Origin: Brevundimonas sp.
GTDB lineage: Bacteria > Pseudomonadota > Alphaproteobacteria > Caulobacterales > Caulobacteraceae
Assembly: GCF_044336875.1 (NCBI RefSeq)
Contig: NZ_JBIIOP010000009.1
Location: 50,325-114,324 of the forward strand
DNA: 64,000 bases
Direction: 5' to 3'
Numbering within the stretch: position 1 is the first letter of the stretch; each line of letters begins with the position of its first letter. Below the pieces are notes generated by a model. That model did not search any database and was not told the origin of the DNA. It saw only the letters and a program-made list of their open reading frames with translations. This document shows, piece after piece, positions 18,812 through 27,529 of this stretch. The position numbers and the translations under genes were made by a program.

Positions 18812-20434
18812 TCAGACGAGCCCCGCGCCTCGCAGCCGCAGCGCCGGGGCGACCGCGACCGGTCGCTCCGCCGGCAGGTCGACGACCAGACCTTCATCGG
18901 TCTGACGGAAGGGCAGGGCGCCGCCGCCCAGCAGTTCGACCGCCGCGACGCGGCCCGCCTGGGGCGTCAGAGCGCGCATCACCATTCGCCCGTCCTCGGG
19001 CCAGTCCAGCGCAAAGGCGTACAGGGCCTGGCCTCTTGTCGTGAAGCGGATGTCCTGGCCGGTCCACGGCCGCGCGGCGCCTTCGCCGTGCATGCCGCCC
19101 ACGACGGTCGTCGGGCCCTCGCCATAGATGCGCCAGGGCCGGGTCTCGAAGATCGCCTCGCCATTGACCTTCATCCAGACGGCGATGTCCGTCAGGATCT
19201 GACGCTCGTCGCTGTCGATGGAGCCGTCGCCCCGCTGCGGGATGTTCAGCATGAGGTTGCCGTTCTTGGACACCACGTCGACCAGGCGCTGGATCACGCT
19301 GTGCGCCGGCACATAATAGTGACTGGTGTAGCGGGCGCGATTGTAGTGCCAGTCGCCGATGCAGGTGTCGGTCTGCCACGGCTCGGGCTTCAGGTTCTCC
19401 GAGAAGCCGCGCTCGACGGTCTCGACGATCCCCTTGCGCTGGCGCTCGTCCAGCCGCTTGCCGTTCACGACCGGCAGTTCGCCCCGCCACTGCAGCGAGG
19501 CGTTGTAATATTCCGCCGTCGCTTCCAGCCCGTAACGCCCCAGAGGCAGCTGGTAGTTGTCGAAATAGACCATGTCCGGCTTGTACTTGGTGATCAGGTC
19601 GCGCTGACGCGCCACCCAGGATCGCACGAAGGCCGGATTGTTCGCCGGCGGCGTCTCGATCCACTGGCCGTCGCGCGCGTCGTGCCAGGCGTTCATCTCG
19701 GCGATCGAGGCGATCCCCTCCGGCGGGGCGAAGGTCGGGCCGGTATAGAGTTCCTGCGGGTCCAGTCCGTCCCACCATTTGCCGGAGCCGTCCGCCTTCG
19801 TCAGGCGCGCGGCGTCATAGCGGACGCTCTTGAGCGGCCCTTCGGCGTCATAGCCATAGGCCGTCTGCCACCAATGCCACGCATGGGCCGCGTGGTTGGA
19901 TACCGCGAACCTCAGGCCCCGCGCGCGCACGGCCTTTTCCCAGGTCCCGACGATGTCGCGTTTCGGCCCGACGCGCATGACGTTCCACGCATGATGGGCG
20001 CTGTCGAACAGGTCCAGATTGTCGTGGTGGTTGGCCATGGACATGATGTAGCGGGCGCCGGCCGCCTGATAGAGGTCCAGCAGTCCCTCGGGATCCCACT
20101 GGTCGGCCTTCCACTGGTCGATGAACTCCATGAACCCGACCTGGCTGGGGTGGCCGTAGGCGGCGACATGGTGTTCGTAGAAGGGGTTGCCCTGGATATA
20201 CATCTGGCGGCCGTACCAGTCGCCGAACTCCGGGACGCACTGGGGGCCCCAGTGGGACCAGATGCCGAACTTGGCGTCGCGGAACCAGTCCGGCGTCCGG
20301 TAGCCGTCGATCAGACTGTCCCAGGTCGGCTTGAACGGCCCTGCCGCCGTTGATCCGCCCGGCGTAGTGGCGCAAGCGCCCAGCATCGAGGCCGAGGCGC
20401 CCGCGCCCAGAAGTCCGCGTCGTGACAGGTTCAT
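18812..20434 (-). CDS. GH29 alpha-L-fucosidase, Tat lipoprotein
   Basis: SRRGLL plus LGAC; WFRDAKFGIWSHWG, HHDNLDLFDS, PDMVYFD (nucleophile), VSKNGNLMLNI. Confidence 0.92.
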   Translation of the reverse strand: MNLSRRGLLGAGASASMLGACATTPGGSTAAGPFKPTWDSLIDGYRTPDWFRDAKFGIWSHWGPQCVPEFGDWYGRQMYIQGNPFYEHHVAAYGHPSQVGFMEFIDQWKADQWDPEGLLDLYQAAGARYIMSMANHHDNLDLFDSAHHAWNVMRVGPKRDIVGTWEKAVRARGLRFAVSNHAAHAWHWWQTAYGYDAEGPLKSVRYDAARLTKADGSGKWWDGLDPQELYTGPTFAPPEGIASIAEMNAWHDARDGQWIETPPANNPAFVRSWVARQRDLITKYKPDMVYFDNYQLPLGRYGLEATAEYYNASLQWRGELPVVNGKRLDERQRKGIVETVERGFSENLKPEPWQTDTCIGDWHYNRARYTSHYYVPAHSVIQRLVDVVSKNGNLMLNIPQRGDGSIDSDERQILTDIAVWMKVNGEAIFETRPWRIYGEGPTTVVGGMHGEGAARPWTGQDIRFTTRGQALYAFALDWPEDGRMVMRALTPQAGRVAAVELLGGGALPFRQTDEGLVVDLPAERPVAVAPALRLRGAGLV

Positions 20435-22704
20435 GCCGGTTCTCCATAGACGACGCCGCGCCCGTCGGTGGCCACATAGACGCGGCCGAAGACGCGGGGA
20501 TCGCCCGCGATGGCGCGATAGCGGCGCCCGTATTCATGCTGGTCGTCGTTGACTCGCGTCCACGACCGGCCGCGATCGTCGGACCGGAAGACGCCCCGCA
20601 GATCGCTCCTGGTTCCTATGGCGAACAGGGCAGGGTAGGTCGAGCCGGCGGGCGGCTTGCCGAAATCCATCATCTCGACGCCGAGCCCGCCGTCCACTTG
20701 CTCGAACCTCTGACCGCCGTCCCGGCTGTTGTAGAGGCCGGATCGCGACACGAACCACAGATCCCCCTCATGCCCCGGCGTGGCCTTCAGCGGAAAGGCC
20801 TGTTCGCGCCAGGTCGGACGGTCAGCAGAGGCGTCGGGCAGGCCATGCGACGGCACGGCGGCGAAGCTGCGCGCGCCGTCCACGCTGACGAACCAGTCGC
20901 CGGTCCTGAAGTCGAGGGCGTAGAACAGGCCTGCGTCCTGCCGATCCGCCACAGGGCGCAGCAGCAGCGGCAGGCCGGCGCAGGGCCGCCAGGTTGCGCC
21001 GCGATCCGTCGACCAGACGTTCTGCGGCGTCGACAGGACGAAGGTCGATCCGTCGGCCGAGACCGTGATCGGCGCGTCCCGGTACAGATCCATGCGAGGA
21101 TTGTCGGCGGGAACCGGGGCGGCGCCCGATGCCGGACGCGGCCGTCCCAGCGGTTTCCAACTGCGGCCCGCATCCTCGGACCAGGCGATGGTCGAGCCGT
21201 CGTGCCCCCCCGAACCGACGCCTTCGTGCGGGGTGCCGCTGCGCACCACCACCGTCGGCGCCCGGCCGGCGTAGTCGATCTGGTTGGTGTTGGCGAAGAC
21301 CGGCGTCGTGAACTGCAGTTGCGGCGACCGGTTCAGGTCCTCGTGCGCGAAGCCGGAGATGTCGCCGAACCCGGTCAGAAGCTCCGGGCCTTCGGGCGGA
21401 CTGACCAGGGTGATGACCGCCGTCTGTTCGATGCCCTCCACCCAGGGCCGCCAGTCTGTCGGCTTGCGGTCGTCGGCGGCCGACAGGTTGCGGGTCTCAT
21501 AGACGGTCGCTCCGGTCGCATAGACCAGTCTGTCGCTGTCGAACGGATCCAGCGCCAGGGCCGCGATCCACCAGCCGAAGTCAGGCCTGTCATTGCCCCA
21601 GTTCAGATAGGGGGTGGCGCTGACGTCGTGCCGTGCGGCCTCGCGCAGGCTCTTCCAGCTTCTTCCGTCGTCGGTGCTGCGCCAGATGGTGTCGCCGGGC
21701 TGCCAGCGGTTCAGGGTCGAGACCATGATGACCCCCGGCCGTTTCCGGTCCAGGGCCACGCCCATGAAGCCGCCTGCCTGTCCGCTGCTCGGTCTGGGAG
21801 GACTGATGTCGCGCCAGTCGCCGGTGTTCGTGTCCAGTCGCCAGACGGCGCCGTCGCCGACGCCGTTCGGGCCGACGCCGAGGGTGCAGGTGACATAGAG
21901 CACGCCCGTGTCGTTCATTTCGGCCTTGGCGGCGGACAGGTCAGCGCGGGGGCCGCCCTCGAGCGCCCGCCAGGTCAGGCCCGCATCGTCGGATCGATAG
22001 AGGACGTGTTCGTGGGGATCGGCGACGCCGACGAACAGGGTCTTCGAACCCTGTCCGCGCGCGCCGCTGCGGGGGTCGAAGATCACGAAGCTGAGGCCGC
22101 CGTGCGTCGTGCGCCCGGTCGGCAGGCCCAGTCCCTTCAGCGGAAAGGTCTCGACCTTGCGCCAGCTCACGCCGCCGTCGATCGAGCGCTGCAGCCCATC
22201 GTGGCGTGACCCGAAATAGAGGATGCGATTGTCATTCGGGTCGATGGCCAGCCGCTCGCCCAGGCCTCGCCCGTCCTCGTTTCCGCCCATGCGAAACGGG
22301 ACGTCGGTGCGGATCCAGGTCCGCCCCCGGTCGTGCGAGCGCAGCATGGCGCCTGGATCGCCGCGGTGAACCCCGACCGCCATATGGACCACCTCGGCGT
22401 CGACCGGATCCGCGGCGATGCTCTCGACGCCGAAATCGCCGGAGCGGGGGCTGGAATCCTGCAGCGGCAGCCAGCGCGCCTGCTCGGGGTCGAACCTATA
22501 GGCGCCGCCCATGTCGGAGCGGGCATAGGCCAGGCCGCGCGCGATGGGACTGAAGACGATCCCTGGAATGAAGCCGCCCGCGCCCACCTTCACATTGCGC
22601 CAGCTGTAGCCCGCCTCGGCGGCGCGCGCCGACCCGGTCATGGCCGCGCCGCCCAGGCCCAGCGCCAGCACGCCCGCCGCGCGTCGGGTCAGTCCTGTCG
22701 TCAT
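20431..22704 (-). CDS. GH74 xyloglucanase
   Basis: TRR signal; GGFIPGIVF, YARSDMGGAYR and GFGDISGF catalytic Asp motifs, GNEDGRGLGERLAIDPN, multiple SxDxGxTW BNR repeats. ATG 22704 has GGGGAG 7 nt upstream. Confidence 0.93.
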   Translation of the reverse strand: MTTGLTRRAAGVLALGLGGAAMTGSARAAEAGYSWRNVKVGAGGFIPGIVFSPIARGLAYARSDMGGAYRFDPEQARWLPLQDSSPRSGDFGVESIAADPVDAEVVHMAVGVHRGDPGAMLRSHDRGRTWIRTDVPFRMGGNEDGRGLGERLAIDPNDNRILYFGSRHDGLQRSIDGGVSWRKVETFPLKGLGLPTGRTTHGGLSFVIFDPRSGARGQGSKTLFVGVADPHEHVLYRSDDAGLTWRALEGGPRADLSAAKAEMNDTGVLYVTCTLGVGPNGVGDGAVWRLDTNTGDWRDISPPRPSSGQAGGFMGVALDRKRPGVIMVSTLNRWQPGDTIWRSTDDGRSWKSLREAARHDVSATPYLNWGNDRPDFGWWIAALALDPFDSDRLVYATGATVYETRNLSAADDRKPTDWRPWVEGIEQTAVITLVSPPEGPELLTGFGDISGFAHEDLNRSPQLQFTTPVFANTNQIDYAGRAPTVVVRSGTPHEGVGSGGHDGSTIAWSEDAGRSWKPLGRPRPASGAAPVPADNPRMDLYRDAPITVSADGSTFVLSTPQNVWSTDRGATWRPCAGLPLLLRPVADRQDAGLFYALDFRTGDWFVSVDGARSFAAVPSHGLPDASADRPTWREQAFPLKATPGHEGDLWFVSRSGLYNSRDGGQRFEQVDGGLGVEMMDFGKPPAGSTYPALFAIGTRSDLRGVFRSDDRGRSWTRVNDDQHEYGRRYRAIAGDPRVFGRVYVATDGRGVVYGEPA

Positions 22705-22749
22705 GCCGCGTCTCCCCATGGCCGTCGGGGCGTCTGCCGGCCCCTTATC

Positions 22750-22763
22750 TGTTAGCGCTACCT
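22750..22763. promoter_or_regulatory. XylR-type operator TGTTAGCGCTACCT
   Basis: 13/14 to the Caulobacter XylR operator TGTTAGCGCTACCA (recalled consensus). Lies between divergent GH74 and GH3. Confidence 0.75.
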
Positions 22764-22990
22764 CATAGCAGGTTGACATCATTGTCATAGGTGCATCAAG
22801 TTGCGCTGGTAAAAATCAACGTCGGCAAACGACGTGTCGGGAGCGAGGCTCGAGTTCACACGGATTTCGCCGCTTCCGGCGCGTTTTGGCGCCTGATCTT
22901 TTGCACCCTGAGCGAACTTCCGGTGCGGTCATCTGGCCGCACCGGCTTTTCGCGCCAAAGTTTCTCGCCCGCCGACTGGACGGACCCGAC

Positions 22991-25543
22991 ATGACCCCGC
23001 GTTTCCTGAACTTCCGCCGCAACGCCGTTTCCGTGATGGCGCTCAGCTTCGCCCTGGCCGCCGGCGCCTGCGCAACCCCGGGTGCGGGTCGTCCGACCCC
23101 CGTCAACTACGTGAAGCCGACCGACACCATCGTGACGGACGCCACCCGCGCCCATCCCGCGCTGTGGCCACATGCCGCATCGCCCGCCGCCATGACCGAC
23201 GCCGCGACGGAAGCCTTCGTCACCGAGCTGATGGGGCGGATGACGCTGGAGGAGAAGGTGGGCCAGACCATCCAGGCCGACATCGCCTCGATCAAGCCGG
23301 AAGATCTGCTGACCTATCCGCTGGGGTCGATTCTGGCGGGAGGGAACTCCTCGCCCGGCGGCGACGAGCGCGCCTCGGCCCGGAAATGGGTCGAACTGGC
23401 CCAGGCCTTCCGCGCCGCCGTGGCCCAGCGCCCGGGCGCCAAAATCCCCATGATCTACGGCATTGACGCCGTCCACGGTCACAACAACATCGTCGGCGCG
23501 ACCATCTTCCCGCACAACAGCGGCCTGGGCGCCGCGCGCGATCCCGACCTGATCCGCCGCATCGGCGAGGCCACCGCCCTGGAAGTCGCAGTCACCGGCG
23601 CCGACTGGACCTTCGGACCCACACTCGCCGTGCCCCAGGACGATCGCTGGGGCCGGGCCTATGAAGGCTATGCCGAGAATCCGGAGGTGGCCCAGAGCTA
23701 CGCCGGCCCCATGACCCTGGGCCTGCAGGGGACGCTGTCGGCCGACCGGCCTCTGGCGCCCGGCCGTATCGCCGGCTCCGCCAAACATTTCCTCGCCGAT
23801 GGCGGCACGACGGGCGGCCATGACCAGGGCGACTTCGCCGGTTCAGAAGAGGAGATGATCCGCACCCATCTGTCCGGCTACCCCCAGGCGATCGATGCAG
23901 GCGTCCTGTCGATCATGGCCAGCTTCTCCAGCTGGAACGGGGTGAAACACTCGGGCAACGAGACCATACTGACCGACGTGCTGCGCGGCCCGCTGGGCTT
24001 CGACGGCTTCGTGGTCTCCGACTGGAACGCCCAGGGCCAGCTGCCCGGCTGCTCCAACGAGAGCTGCGCCCTGGCCTTCAACGCCGGCATCGACATGTTC
24101 ATGGCGCCGGACAGCTGGAAGCCGCTGTATGTGAATACCCTGGCCCAGGTGAAATCGGGCGAGATCCCGATGGCCCGTCTGGACGAGGCGGTGCGACGCA
24201 TCCTGAGGGTCAAGGTCAAGACCGGCCTGTTCGCCGACAGCCGTCCGGTCGAGGGCCATCTGAACGAACTGGGCTCGCCGGCGCACCGCGCCATCGCCCG
24301 CGAGGCGGTGCGGAAATCTCTGGTGCTGCTGAAGAACGAGGGCTCGGTCCTGCCGATCCGCTCCGGCGCCCGCGTGCTGGTCGCCGGCCACGCCGACGAC
24401 ATCGGCCAGGCTTCGGGCGGCTGGACGTTGACGTGGCAGGGCACCGGCAACACCAACGCCGACTTCCCCAACGGACAGTCGATATGGAGCGGCGTCCGCG
24501 AAGCGGTCGCGGCCGGCGGCGGCACGGCGACCCTGAGCCCCGAGGGCGTCTATACGCAGAAGCCGGACGTGGCCATCGTCGTGTTCGGCGAGACGCCCTA
24601 TGCCGAGTTCCAGGGCGACGTGGACACGCTGGACTTCCTGCCGACCGAACCGCTCGAGACGCTGAAACGCCTCAAGGCGGCGGGAATCCCGACCGTCTCG
24701 GTCTTCCTGTCGGGGCGACCGATGTGGACCAATCCCGAGATCAACGCCTCCGACGCCTTCGTCGCCGCCTGGCTGCCGGGCACGGAAGGCGGCGGCGTCG
24801 CTGACGTCCTGATCGGCGACGCGGCGGGCAGGCCTCGCACCGACTTCAACGGCAAGCTGTCGTTCAGCTGGCCCAAGGACGCCAAGGGCGAGCCCCTGAA
24901 CGTCGGCCAGGCCGGCTATGATCCCCAGTTCGCCTACGGCTATGGTCTGACCTATGCGCACGGCGCCCGGGTCGGCCCCCTGTCGGAGGAGAGCGGCGTC
25001 GTGGGCGAGGTCGGCAGCATCGATCGCTACTTCGTCGACGGCCGTTTCGTCGCCCCCTGGTCGTTGATGCTGCGTGACGCTGGCGGCGAGTTCCGCCTGG
25101 GGACTGAGAGCAGCGGCTCCAGCCCCCGCGCGGGCGTGGCCGTGCGGTCGACGGACGGCGCGGGCCAGGAATCGGCGCGCGCCCTGACGTTCGGCGCGGC
25201 CGGCGGCCATGCCCTGATCGTCGCCCGGCCGGTCGATCTGACCCGCCAGGCCAACGGCGAGATGGCGCTGGCCTTCCGTTACCGCCTCGACGCCAGGCCC
25301 GGCGGCGCGGTGATGCTGACACTGGGCGAGGGTCAGGTCGATGTGACCGCCATCTTCAACGCGGCGCCTCTGGGCCAGTGGCGTACGCTGAAGGTGCCGC
25401 TGTCCTGCTTGCGCGACGCCGGCGCCGACCTTTCCGCCGTCGACCAGCCCTGGGGCCTGCGTTCGGCCGGGGGGCTGGGCGTCACGGTCGAGGACATCCG
25501 CCTGGGGTCGGATGAGGGCGATACTGTCTGTCCCGCCGCCTGA
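22991..25543 (+). CDS. GH3 beta-glucosidase/exo-glucanase with C-terminal beta-sandwich, probable lipoprotein
   Basis: AGAC lipobox; DAVHGHNN, KHFLADG, VVSDW (nucleophile), GETPYAE. ExoI/ExoP-like architecture. Confidence 0.92.
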   Translation: MTPRFLNFRRNAVSVMALSFALAAGACATPGAGRPTPVNYVKPTDTIVTDATRAHPALWPHAASPAAMTDAATEAFVTELMGRMTLEEKVGQTIQADIASIKPEDLLTYPLGSILAGGNSSPGGDERASARKWVELAQAFRAAVAQRPGAKIPMIYGIDAVHGHNNIVGATIFPHNSGLGAARDPDLIRRIGEATALEVAVTGADWTFGPTLAVPQDDRWGRAYEGYAENPEVAQSYAGPMTLGLQGTLSADRPLAPGRIAGSAKHFLADGGTTGGHDQGDFAGSEEEMIRTHLSGYPQAIDAGVLSIMASFSSWNGVKHSGNETILTDVLRGPLGFDGFVVSDWNAQGQLPGCSNESCALAFNAGIDMFMAPDSWKPLYVNTLAQVKSGEIPMARLDEAVRRILRVKVKTGLFADSRPVEGHLNELGSPAHRAIAREAVRKSLVLLKNEGSVLPIRSGARVLVAGHADDIGQASGGWTLTWQGTGNTNADFPNGQSIWSGVREAVAAGGGTATLSPEGVYTQKPDVAIVVFGETPYAEFQGDVDTLDFLPTEPLETLKRLKAAGIPTVSVFLSGRPMWTNPEINASDAFVAAWLPGTEGGGVADVLIGDAAGRPRTDFNGKLSFSWPKDAKGEPLNVGQAGYDPQFAYGYGLTYAHGARVGPLSEESGVVGEVGSIDRYFVDGRFVAPWSLMLRDAGGEFRLGTESSGSSPRAGVAVRSTDGAGQESARALTFGAAGGHALIVARPVDLTRQANGEMALAFRYRLDARPGGAVMLTLGEGQVDVTAIFNAAPLGQWRTLKVPLSCLRDAGADLSAVDQPWGLRSAGGLGVTVEDIRLGSDEGDTVCPAA

Positions 25544-25565
25544 CGTCGGGTTGAAGCGAGAGAAG

Positions 25566-26939
25566 ATGATGACCCAGGCCTCCGAAGACCGTTTCACCCT
25601 GAGCCGCCGCGCGGTCCTGGGCTCGACCGCCGCCCTGGCCCTGACGGCCGGTGCGGCGTCGGCCGCCAGCCGGACGGCGCCGAGCCGCGGCTTTGTCACG
25701 CGTGAGGGAATCGGACTGAAACTGGACGGAAAGCCGTACCGGTTCGTGGGCGCCAACGCCTGGTATCTGGCCTGGCTGGGCGCCGACGCCGACTATGGGG
25801 ATCATGGGCGTCTGACGCGCGAGCTGGACGCCCTGGCGGCGGACGGCGTGACCAATCTGCGGGTCGGCGCCTCGGCCGAGCTCTCGCCGCTGAACAACTC
25901 GGTCCGTCCCGCCTTCCGGGACCAGACCGCAGCCTATAACGAGACCCTGCTCGCCGGCCTGGACCGCACCCTGGTCGAGATGGGGCGGCGCGACATGAAG
26001 GCGGTCCTGTATCTGACCAACTTCTGGGAATGGTCGGGCGGGATGATGACCTATCTCTCCTGGGTCAACGGCGGTCGCTACATCAACATGAACGACCCGG
26101 CCCATCCGTGGCCCGAGTTCGCCGACTTCAACGCCGACTTCTATCGCAGCGATGAGGCTGTCGCCCTCTATCACGACTATGTCCGGGCCGTGGTCGGCCG
26201 GACCAACACGATCAGCGGCATGGCCTATGCCGAGGATCCGACCATCATGGCCTGGCAACTGGCCAATGAGCCGCGCGCAGGCGGCGGCGCGCAGGTCGCC
26301 CTGGACAATCTTCCCGCCTTCTACGCCTGGATCAACGGCACGGCCCGGCTGATCAAGTCGCTGGCGCCACGCCAGCTGGTCTCGACCGGGGGGGAGGGGC
26401 TGAAGGGCTCGTCCGAGCGCGCCGAGGTGGTGATGGAAAGCTGCCGTTCGCCCGACATCGACTATCTGACCGCCCATATCTGGCCGGGCAACTGGGGCTG
26501 GCTGGACCGCAAGGACATGGCGGGAACCGACGCCCGCGCCCGCGCCATGGCCATCGACTATGTGAACCAGCATGTCGGCTTCGCCCGCCAACTCGACAAG
26601 CCGCTGGTGATCGAGGAATTCGGCTATCCCCGCGACGGCGATTTGTATGATCCGTCCGTGCCCACGGTCCTGCGCGACGGCTTCTACGCCGACATCCATG
26701 CCGCAGTGCTGGCGGATGCGCGGGCGGGCGGACCTCTGGCCGGCTCGAACTTCTGGGCCTGGAACGGCGAGGGCCGCACACGCAATCCCGACTTCCGCTT
26801 CCACGACGGCGACAGCGCCTGGCTGGGCGATCCGCCGCACGAGCCCCAGGGCTGGTACGGCGTGTTCGACAGCGATCGTTCGACCCGGACCCTGGTCCGC
26901 GATCAGGCGAGAGCCCTGGCCGAAATCCTCGCGGGCTGA
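25566..26939 (+). CDS. GH5 beta-mannosidase/mannanase (GH5_7, Cellvibrio Man5A-like), Tat-exported
   Basis: SRRAVL; GANAWY, NFWEWSGG, WQLANEPR (acid/base), VIEEFG (nucleophile), GDPPHEPQGWYGVFD C-terminal loop. Confidence 0.9.
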   Translation: MMTQASEDRFTLSRRAVLGSTAALALTAGAASAASRTAPSRGFVTREGIGLKLDGKPYRFVGANAWYLAWLGADADYGDHGRLTRELDALAADGVTNLRVGASAELSPLNNSVRPAFRDQTAAYNETLLAGLDRTLVEMGRRDMKAVLYLTNFWEWSGGMMTYLSWVNGGRYINMNDPAHPWPEFADFNADFYRSDEAVALYHDYVRAVVGRTNTISGMAYAEDPTIMAWQLANEPRAGGGAQVALDNLPAFYAWINGTARLIKSLAPRQLVSTGGEGLKGSSERAEVVMESCRSPDIDYLTAHIWPGNWGWLDRKDMAGTDARARAMAIDYVNQHVGFARQLDKPLVIEEFGYPRDGDLYDPSVPTVLRDGFYADIHAAVLADARAGGPLAGSNFWAWNGEGRTRNPDFRFHDGDSAWLGDPPHEPQGWYGVFDSDRSTRTLVRDQARALAEILAG

Positions 26940-26946
26940 CCGAGCC

Positions 26947-27255
26947 CTAGAGGCCCAGCGCTATCCGGTAGCTGGGGTGAACAATATCCGCGTGTTCCGG
27001 ATGTTTCTGCAGATAGCCCGCGAAGAAGGGGCAGGTCGGCAGGATCAGGATTCCCCGCGCCCGGATATCGGCCAGCACATGTTTCGCCAGGCGACTGGCG
27101 ACGCCGCGCCCCTCCAGAGGCACGGGCACGATGGTCTCGGTGATCAGAAGTCCGCCCCCCACTTCGTTGTACATCACCACGGCGGTCTGGCCGTCGATGG
27201 TCAGCTCGTAGCGGTGGGCGTCGTGGTTGTCGTGGATATCGAGGTCGAGGGACAT
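26947..27255 (-). CDS. Small GNAT-family N-acetyltransferase-like protein (YjdJ type, 102 aa)
   Basis: RYEL..DG..A...Y, T.VP..LEGRGVASRL and PTCPF motifs. Start moved to ATG 27255. Confidence 0.85.
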   Translation of the reverse strand: MSLDLDIHDNHDAHRYELTIDGQTAVVMYNEVGGGLLITETIVPVPLEGRGVASRLAKHVLADIRARGILILPTCPFFAGYLQKHPEHADIVHPSYRIALGL

Positions 27256-27431
27256 GGGAGGGTTCCTTCCGGCTGGACATCCGGAAGGTCCGGCGTGTCG
27301 ATGACGAGACTGTGCCAGCCTCGCCGGCCCGCGAAAACCGAAACGATGTAAACTCAGGGTTTCCCGTCTTGGGATCATGAGGGGGATCCGCCCTCGACGC
27401 GCCGGCCGGCCCTGGCCGTCAAACACGCCAA

Positions 27432-27445
27432 GGTAACCGGTGTCT
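27432..27445. promoter_or_regulatory. LacI operator (hexuronate regulon) upstream of uxaC
   Basis: GGTAACCGGTGTCT, reverse complement AGACACCGGTTACC. Confidence 0.8.
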
Positions 27446-27529
27446 TTTTCTGCGCGACGTAGTATCTGGTCCCGATCAGACTCGCGAGGCGATCCAACGC
27501 CTCCGCATCGAGGATCAGTGAAGGACGTC

